Below are positions 55,313 to 62,129 of a DNA stretch of 62,129 nucleotides, piece after piece. Within the stretch, counting starts at the first letter, position 1, and each line of letters opens with the position of its first letter. Origin of the DNA: Deltaproteobacteria bacterium (GTDB lineage: Bacteria > Myxococcota_A > UBA9042); the NCBI GenBank assembly GCA_016218865.1, contig JACRCU010000230.1, positions 1-62,129 of the forward strand, written 5' to 3'. The notes below the pieces were generated by a model. That model saw only the letters and a list, made by a program, of their open reading frames with translations, made no database searches and was not told where the DNA came from. A program made the position numbers and the translations under genes.

Positions 55313-56148
55313 CCCTTCGCTTTGAGCCATAGCGCCGCGCCGTCCATCAGCCACGCCACCGCGACGTGGATGGTGACGCCGCCCCAGATGCTGCGGGTGT
55401 CCATCGCCAGGGTGCCGAGGACGGTGCCGGCGAGGATCGAGCCGAGGCACTCGGGGAGCGGCTTGCCGAAGTGGATCATGCAGTACGGGATCGACATCGC
55501 CAGGATCGCCGAAGCGCCCATGTCGGCGGCGAGGCCGCGGAGCAGGAAGCCGCGGAAGAAGAATTCCAGGGCGAAGAACTGGATGCCGTAGCCGAGCTCC
55601 CAGACGAGCTGGCCGCCCACGCCGACCCGCGAAGTGTGGAAGGGGTAGTGCATCTGGAACTCGGGGCTTTGCGCGACCCCGATCACGGACAGGGCCACGG
55701 GCAGGAAGAGGAGTGCGTAGATCGGCAGGTGCTTGGCGTAGTCGCGCGGCGCCATGTAGAACTCGCTGAGCGTGAGGCCGAAGACGATCCGCACCACGCC
55801 GGCGGGGATGATGACGTAGCAGAGCACGCAGCCGAGGACCCAGGACAGGTTGTCGAGCAGGGGCGCGTACGGGGTCAGCCACACCCCCAGGCCGTAGTCC
55901 AGCGCGAAGGCAGCGTCGACGGTGGCGGCGGCGAGGCGGGCCTGCACCTGCTGGTCCATGACGACGAAGCGCAGGGTCACGAGCATCAGCGAGGCGGTGA
56001 CGGCGGTGATGACGGCGGCGGTGCGGGCGCTGACGTTGCCGACCCGGATCTGGCCGCGGTCGCGCGCGTCGATGCGGGCCCAGGCCTGGACGAAGAAGGT
56101 GTGGAGGATGTAGGCGACGAGGTTGCGGCGGGGTGCGGTGGCGGTCAT
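55303..56148 (-). CDS. CPBP-family intramembrane glutamic endopeptidase (CAAX protease-like)
   Basis: 'ALEFFFRGFLLRGL' (EExxxR motif), '..CMIHFGK' and '..TIHVAVAW' His motifs, in a polytopic protein. Confidence 0.85.
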   Translation of the reverse strand: MTATAPRRNLVAYILHTFFVQAWARIDARDRGQIRVGNVSARTAAVITAVTASLMLVTLRFVVMDQQVQARLAAATVDAAFALDYGLGVWLTPYAPLLDNLSWVLGCVLCYVIIPAGVVRIVFGLTLSEFYMAPRDYAKHLPIYALLFLPVALSVIGVAQSPEFQMHYPFHTSRVGVGGQLVWELGYGIQFFALEFFFRGFLLRGLAADMGASAILAMSIPYCMIHFGKPLPECLGSILAGTVLGTLAMDTRSIWGGVTIHVAVAWLMDGAALWLKAKGHA

Positions 56149-56555
56149 GGGGCTGGCGGTTTAGCGCGTTTGGCGAGCAAGGTCCAGCAGGCCACGGCCA
56201 GGGCGGCGCCGGTGGCGTCGGCAAGGAGGTCCCAGGGGTCGCTGGACCGGCCCGGGACCCAGCCCTGGTGCAGCTCGTCCAGGCCGCCGAAGGCCGTCGC
56301 CAGCGCCCAGGCTTGGACCCCGGCGCGATGCCCGCGCAGCCCCACGCGCCACAGTGCCCCCAGCAGCGCGTAGATCGCCGTGTGCACGAGCTTGTCCGGC
56401 GGCACCACGGTCAGCACCGCCAGCAGCCAGTGCGGCAGGTCAGCCAGCAGGGGCCGGGCTTCGGGCCAGGTGCGCGAGGAGCTCCACCAGATGGTCGCGC
56501 TCCAGCCCAGGGCCGGGGCGAGGCGCAGCGAGGTGGCGAGCTTGCCGAGATTCAT
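56145..56555 (-). CDS. VanZ-like family membrane protein
   Basis: '..DKLVHTAIYALLGALW..' and '..GGLDELHQGWVPGRSSDPWDLLADATGAALAV' are VanZ signatures. Its stop overlaps the CPBP start (ATGA). Confidence 0.8.
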   Translation of the reverse strand: MNLGKLATSLRLAPALGWSATIWWSSSRTWPEARPLLADLPHWLLAVLTVVPPDKLVHTAIYALLGALWRVGLRGHRAGVQAWALATAFGGLDELHQGWVPGRSSDPWDLLADATGAALAVACWTLLAKRAKPPAP

Positions 56556-56596
56556 CTTTCATCTCATGGATCTGACACAAGGGTGCTGCGTGTCAG
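56545..56596 (+). repeat. REP-like hairpin repeat, copy B
   Basis: Core gatctgacacaagggtgctgcgtgtcag at 56569-56596 with an A/T-enriched flank at 56545-56568. The flank overlaps the VanZ-like start codon (56555). Confidence 0.8.
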
Positions 56597-56667
56597 ACAC
56601 AAGCCCGGCGGCAGGCTCAAGCGTGGGGCGGCGGCGGCCGTTGGGTCGGCGGAGGTGGGGGCGAATT

Positions 56668-56722
56668 CGTCATTTTCCAACTAATATCGAACACCTGACA
56701 CAAGGGTGCTGTGTGTCAGATC
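56668..56722 (+). repeat. REP-like hairpin repeat, copy C
   Basis: Core cacctgacacaagggtgctgtgtgtcag at 56692-56719 has a perfect 8-bp stem CTGACACA/TGTGTCAG. The flank is cattttccaactaatatcgaa. The miaB stop codon (56716-56718) lies inside the 3' arm. Confidence 0.8.
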
Positions 56723-58188
56723 AGCTGGCCGCCCAGGGAATTTTGGCCCACCAGGTCGATCCGCACTCGGCCGAGCCGGCCAGTCAGCGCGGCGAGCTGC
56801 TCGGGCGTGTCGACCGCAACGTTGACCTTGAGGTTCTCGGGCGTGCGGCCCATCACCTGCAGGCCGCGGCTCTCGCGCACTTGGCTGAGCTTGCTCTGCG
56901 GCCCGGCCTCGTGCAGCCGCGACGGCCCTTCGAACAGCACCTCGACCGCGCGGCCGTGGAAGCCGGCGAGCCACTCGGCGGTCAGCGCGTCCTGCACGGC
57001 CTGCAACCGCTGGAGACGACGCTTCTTTTCAGCGAGCGGCACGTCGTCCTTCAGCTCGGCGGCGCGCGTCCCGGGCCGGGCCGAGTACATGAAGCTGTAC
57101 AGGGTGGCGTAGCGGACGCGCTCGAGCAGTTGCATCGTCATCTCGAAATCATCAAGCGTTTCGCCCGGAAAGCCGACGATGAGGTCCGTGGACAGCGCCA
57201 CGTGCGGCGCGATCCGCCGGAGCTTGTCGACCTTCTCCAGGTAGTCGTCGACGCCGTGGTGCCGCCGCATCCCCGCCAGCACCGCCGGCGAGCCCGACTG
57301 GATCGGCAAGTGGAAGAACGGCATCAGCTTCTTGCAGGTGGCAAAGGCCTCGATCAGCGCGTCCGTGCAGTCCATCGGGTGCGAGGTGGTGAAGCGAATC
57401 CGCTCCAGCCCGTCGATTTCCGCAACCTGGTGGATGAGCTCGGCAAAGTCGACCTCGCCGTCGCGGTCCTTGCCGTAACTGTTGACGTTCTGCCCCAGGA
57501 GCGTGACCTCGCGTACGCCAGCGTCGACCAGCAACTGCACCTCGCGGACCACGTCGGCCGCCGGCTTGCTGACCTCGCGACCGCGGGTGAAGGGCACGAT
57601 GCAAAAACTGCAAACCTTGTTGCAGCCTTTCATCACGGTGACCATCGACGTCACCCGGCCGTCGCTCGGCGGCACCGGCTCCGGGAAGGTGTACTCGCGG
57701 CGGTGCACGAACGCCGTCGCCGACTGCCGCTGATTCTGGGCGCGGCGGGCCTCGACCAGGCTCGGCAGCTGGGCAATCTGGTCCGGGCCGACCACCAGGT
57801 CCAGGTGCGGCAGCTTGTCCAGCAGCTTCTGCCCCTCTTGCTGAGCCACGCAGCCGGCCATGCCGAGGACGAGGTCTGGATTGAATTCCTTCAGCTTCTT
57901 CCACACACCCAGCAGCGACGTGACCTTGTGCTCCACCTTGTCGCGCACGCTGCAGGTGTTCACGATCGCCAGGTCGGCGCGCTCGACCTCGCTCGTCGGC
58001 ACATAACCCGCCGAAGCCAAAGCCTCTTGCATCCGCTCGGTGTCGTACACGTTCATCTGGCAGCCCATCGTCTCGATGTAGACGTGGCGCTGCAGCACGG
58101 CACTGGTGTGGCCGCCGAGACCCTCCAACTCCGCTTGAGCGTGAGCTTTTTGGGCAATCGACAGGGAACTCGCTCCGGTCATGGTCAT
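56716..58188 (-). CDS. miaB: tRNA-2-methylthio-N6-dimethylallyladenosine synthase (radical SAM methylthiotransferase)
   Basis: 'VYIETMGCQMNVYDTERM' (UPF0004 N-domain), radical-SAM 'GCNKVCSFCIVP', and a C-terminal TRAM-like region. The exact start is uncertain because the N-terminal 35 aa are non-conserved. Confidence 0.93.
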   Translation of the reverse strand: MTMTGASSLSIAQKAHAQAELEGLGGHTSAVLQRHVYIETMGCQMNVYDTERMQEALASAGYVPTSEVERADLAIVNTCSVRDKVEHKVTSLLGVWKKLKEFNPDLVLGMAGCVAQQEGQKLLDKLPHLDLVVGPDQIAQLPSLVEARRAQNQRQSATAFVHRREYTFPEPVPPSDGRVTSMVTVMKGCNKVCSFCIVPFTRGREVSKPAADVVREVQLLVDAGVREVTLLGQNVNSYGKDRDGEVDFAELIHQVAEIDGLERIRFTTSHPMDCTDALIEAFATCKKLMPFFHLPIQSGSPAVLAGMRRHHGVDDYLEKVDKLRRIAPHVALSTDLIVGFPGETLDDFEMTMQLLERVRYATLYSFMYSARPGTRAAELKDDVPLAEKKRRLQRLQAVQDALTAEWLAGFHGRAVEVLFEGPSRLHEAGPQSKLSQVRESRGLQVMGRTPENLKVNVAVDTPEQLAALTGRLGRVRIDLVGQNSLGGQLI

Positions 58189-58243
58189 GGCGCGGCCGTC
58201 GGCGGGCAGCGGGCCCGCGCTGAAAGTGTTCTAGTTCAGAAAG

Positions 58244-58792
58244 TTACAGGCCACCCAGGCTGGGATCGTGCAGCGTCCAGGCGTAACCCTCGAAGCGCAT
58301 CGCGACGCGGCGCTTGTGGCCGGCGCTGTCGCCAATCTCCAGGTCCTGCGCGATGTTGCGGTCGTCCGGCGCGGTCTGGACCAGTTGCAGCGTGCGCAGA
58401 TCCTCCAGCGCGAACACGGCCACCGGGTCAAAGGCCGCGGCGTTGTCCAGCGCGGTGCCCTTGTCGGTCGCCCGCGGCAACTTCTTGAGCAACAACAAGT
58501 CCTGCCCCTTCAGGCCCGCGAGCTGCGCCCGCTTGACCAGGGCCGCGCGGGTGTCGCCCGACAGTTGGCCCCAGGCCGCCGCCACGTCGCCGCGCCGCAT
58601 CGCCGCCACGAAGCGCTGACAGCCGTCGACCGCCGGATGGGTGCGCCGGCTGACCGGAACGGTGTGGGCTTTGACGCTCGGGGGGTCGCCCTGCAGTTCT
58701 TCCAGCTGGGCGCCGCCGCAGCCGGTCGCCGCCAGGCCAAGCGCAGCCGCGCTGAGCGTCGCGTTAATTCGCAAATTTGTGAGTACAATCAT
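58244..58792 (-). CDS. Hypothetical lipoprotein
   Basis: In frame with ORF 58244..59560. 'MIVLTNLRINATLSAAALGLAATGC' has a lipobox. The ATG at 58792 abuts repeat copy D, and an alternative TTG start at 58774 gives MRINATLSAAALGLAATGC. Confidence 0.6.
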   Translation of the reverse strand: MIVLTNLRINATLSAAALGLAATGCGGAQLEELQGDPPSVKAHTVPVSRRTHPAVDGCQRFVAAMRRGDVAAAWGQLSGDTRAALVKRAQLAGLKGQDLLLLKKLPRATDKGTALDNAAAFDPVAVFALEDLRTLQLVQTAPDDRNIAQDLEIGDSAGHKRRVAMRFEGYAWTLHDPSLGGL

Positions 58793-58821
58793 TGATCTGA
58801 CACAAGGATGCTTCTTGTTGG
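58763..58821 (+). repeat. REP-like repeat, copy D (3' arm degenerate)
   Basis: Core gatctgacacaaggatgcttcttgttgg at 58794-58821 is 25/28 identical to copy A. The flank 58763-58793 (gttaattcgcaaatttgtgagtacaatcatt) overlaps the first 10 codons of the lipoprotein ORF on the other strand. Confidence 0.75.
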
Positions 58822-58830
58822 GAGGGACGC

Positions 58831-60687
58831 CTAGAAGCCGGGCTGGCGGGTCGCCGTGAAGTCGCCCTTGAAGGCCTTGCCGGCCGCGCCCTGGACGTTG
58901 ATGGTGCCCGTCCACACGCCGTCGGTGAGCTTGTCGACCTTCAAGTCGTCGTTGTTGTCTTCCATCATACACTTGCCGGTGAGCGACAGGTTCGAGTCCA
59001 GCGCCAGGCCGCCGATGTACTGCTCGAGCGGCAGCACCAGCAGGCTCACGGTGGTGTCGCAGAAGCCCTTTACGGTCGACTCCGATAGCCCCAGCTTGCC
59101 CAGGATCGAGTTGCCGATGCCCTGGGCAATGCCGGCGCAGTTCACCAGCTTCTGCATGGCGCCGATGAAGGTCGTCTCGCCGGTGATCTTCTTCAGCACC
59201 ACCTGGGTGAGGACAAAGAGGATGAGTTTTCCGTAGTTCAGCTTGATGGTCGACGAGTCGATCGACAGCTTCTTTTGCTCCGAGACCGAGCCGGTCAGGG
59301 TGCCCGAGAAGAAGTCGAGCGGGAAGTTCGGGTCCGTGGACGCCTTGGAGGCATCCAGCGAGAACTTGCCGCAATCCGCGTAGTTCGGATCGTTCTTGTC
59401 GCAGCCGAGCTTCCAGTACAGGTTCACGCCGGTGAAATCGATCTCGCCCTTGATGAAGAAATCGTTGGTGACCTTGTAGATCTTCAGCACCCCGATCATC
59501 TCGAGTTTCTTGACGATCTGCAGCACGTCCTGGCCCATCTGGAAGAAGCTCTGCAGCCACGGCGGGCTCTTGTTCAGCAGCCAGTCCGTCACGACCTTGC
59601 TGAGCGCGTCTTCGAAAAGCGAGAACGCGGCGTCGACCACGATCGACGGCAGCACCTGCTTCACCAGGTTCTTGACCTGGGCGATGATAAAGGCGCCGTG
59701 ATCATAGAAGATCTGCACCGCCGTATCCAGGATCTGCCCCAACTGCCCCGGGATCGCCCCGGTGAAGTCGAAGTGGTTGATCATGTCGTACGGGCCGGCG
59801 GCCTGCAGGGGCAAAGTGGCCAGCGAAACGGTGACTTCGGTGGTCTGCTTGTCGATGACGAGCACGGCATCGGCGCAGCCCGCGGCGGCGAGGTGGCCCG
59901 CCAGGTCCTTGCCGATGACGTAGACGCCGTACTTCTTGTCTGCCGGAAGCGGCGTAAATTCAGGGGTATCCGACAGGATCGTCGTCTGGCTGCCCACCCA
60001 GCCTTCGCTCGGGTACACCGGCTTGAAACCGACGCAGGCGAACGGCGACGGCATCACCCGCACCGTGACCTGGCCGAGCGAAACCTGGTTGTCGTACAGC
60101 ATCTTGACCTTGATGCCGCCCTTGGGGTTGTCGGTGACCGAGATGACGACGTCGACCGGCTCGGCCGCCTCGCAGCTCACCCGCAGCTTGTAGTCGACCG
60201 CGGGGCTTTTGTTGGCGTCGAAGATGTTGCCGGTCAGGCCCGCGTTGTCGGTGAAGGTGTTCGCCGAGTCCAGGGCGCCGGCGCCGGGGCCGTTCATCCC
60301 GTTGTTTTCGATGATTTCCCACATCACGGCCACGCCGTCGGCCGGGCCGCCGTGGGTGTAGTCGATGACCTTGGCGTAGATCGGCAGCTTCCCGCTGGGC
60401 GGGAGCATCTGCACGACCTGGGTGTTCAGCATCAGGATGATCTCGCGTTTCAGCGGAATATCAGCCTGTTCGCCCGCGTCGGGGGTATTGTCGGCGTCGC
60501 CGATCGGCGCGGTGTCGTTGACCTTGACGTCCTTTTTGCCGTTGAGGTTGCCGCCGTCGCCGAACAGACCGGTGTCGGGGTAGACCACCGTGCCGACTTG
60601 GAGCGTGTCGCTGCACGCCTGGGTGCCGAAGGCGAGGAGCACCCACCACGCGATCGGCCAGACTAGACGGCGGACATTGGCCAACAT
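58831..60687 (-). CDS. Large hypothetical lipoprotein
   Basis: ATG 60687 inside ORF 58831..60813. Signal and lipobox 'LLAFGTQAC'. Non-repetitive 618-aa body with balanced composition. No family recognised. Confidence 0.7.
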   Translation of the reverse strand: MLANVRRLVWPIAWWVLLAFGTQACSDTLQVGTVVYPDTGLFGDGGNLNGKKDVKVNDTAPIGDADNTPDAGEQADIPLKREIILMLNTQVVQMLPPSGKLPIYAKVIDYTHGGPADGVAVMWEIIENNGMNGPGAGALDSANTFTDNAGLTGNIFDANKSPAVDYKLRVSCEAAEPVDVVISVTDNPKGGIKVKMLYDNQVSLGQVTVRVMPSPFACVGFKPVYPSEGWVGSQTTILSDTPEFTPLPADKKYGVYVIGKDLAGHLAAAGCADAVLVIDKQTTEVTVSLATLPLQAAGPYDMINHFDFTGAIPGQLGQILDTAVQIFYDHGAFIIAQVKNLVKQVLPSIVVDAAFSLFEDALSKVVTDWLLNKSPPWLQSFFQMGQDVLQIVKKLEMIGVLKIYKVTNDFFIKGEIDFTGVNLYWKLGCDKNDPNYADCGKFSLDASKASTDPNFPLDFFSGTLTGSVSEQKKLSIDSSTIKLNYGKLILFVLTQVVLKKITGETTFIGAMQKLVNCAGIAQGIGNSILGKLGLSESTVKGFCDTTVSLLVLPLEQYIGGLALDSNLSLTGKCMMEDNNDDLKVDKLTDGVWTGTINVQGAAGKAFKGDFTATRQPGF

Positions 60688-60884
60688 CGCAACCTCGCAA
60701 GGCATTGCCGACAAAGCAGAACCGGTGAAGAGTCGAAACGACTCGGCGCGGGCGGCGCCATCCCGAACCGGATGCTCTGGCGCGCGCAAGAACCCACTCT
60801 GAGCATACGGCAAATCGGCCGGTTTTCAATGCCGAACCTGCGGTGCGAGTGGCTGCGGGGACGACGGTTTTGGGTTGACCGCCC

Positions 60885-60913
60885 CAGGCCGCGGGCGTAC
60901 CATACCGCGCCCC
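60885..60913 (+). promoter_or_regulatory. Possible sigma-70-type promoter for rpsA
   Basis: TTGACC (60885-60890), a 17-nt spacer, then TACCAT (60908-60913). It lies about 100 nt upstream of the rpsA ATG. This is a sequence match only. Confidence 0.3.
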
Positions 60914-61013
60914 TGCACAGGGCATTTGGCCGGTCTCGCGAATTTTTCAAGCAGCGCAGCGCCCCTCACGTCGAGGTGGCCGCGCGCGGGCGGTCGATAG
61001 GGAAGGAAAGAAT

Positions 61014-62129
<1,116 letters not shown>

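Noticed and set aside
56569-56596. REP-like core as a sigma-54 promoter (TGACAC-N5-TGCT versus TGGCAC-N5-TTGC), given the sigma-54 activator in the window
   Set aside because: The invariant GG is GA here, and the GG-to-GC spacing is one nucleotide short. Three of the four copies also point away from any gene in that orientation.
56565-56730. Recurring peptide 'DLTQGC[CF]VS[DE]' (and, on the other strand, '[KQ]HPCVRS') seen in four six-frame translations, suggesting a small repeated peptide or RiPP-like precursor
   Set aside because: The conservation is at the DNA level (28-nt hairpin core). The frames have no stop nearby, run antisense into miaB or Rrf2, and have no RBS. The peptide similarity is a by-product of the nucleotide repeat.

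Overview
This is a high-GC window, with G/C dominating third codon positions, and about 50 protein genes packed tightly. I saw no rRNA, tRNA, CRISPR array, transposase or integrase. The gene content looks Myxococcota-like, which is an inference from families only: many lipoproteins, an FHA/sigma-54 activator, FHA-TM-TPR and PEGA proteins, a Hanks-type pseudokinase, and giant secreted proteins built from Cys-rich and MopE-type (CxxxDDDCDGxxDE) repeats. Housekeeping genes recognised with confidence are dksA, nnr, pdxJ, trxB, a BolA/IbaG-family gene with grxD, cysK, pspA, rpmA, rplU, miaB and rpsA (3' truncated at the window end). Five things seem most worth a second look. (1) Two homologous, apparently structured leader elements of about 150 nt lie on opposite strands (37081-37235 and 49271-49440). 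Each sits upstream of an operon with a lipid-related gene, and I could not assign them to any RNA family I know. (2) A family of hairpin-containing REP-like repeats has four clear copies, all within 53.07-58.82 kb. One overlaps the miaB stop codon and one supplies the apparent start of a lipoprotein gene. (3) A co-directional cluster runs FHA-sigma54 activator, PMT/ArnT-like glycosyltransferase, beta-barrel protein, then two giant Cys-rich lipoproteins with Thr/Asp-rich linkers. (4) An ECF sigma factor carries a fused HxxxCxxC (ZAS-like) Cys-rich tail and sits divergent from a Cus/Cop-like two-component system. An adjacent LTD-like gene has no stop codon until 624 nt into the kinase gene on the other strand. 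(5) Several short tandem repeats lie in non-coding spacers. All functional assignments come from motif recognition by eye; no database search was run.
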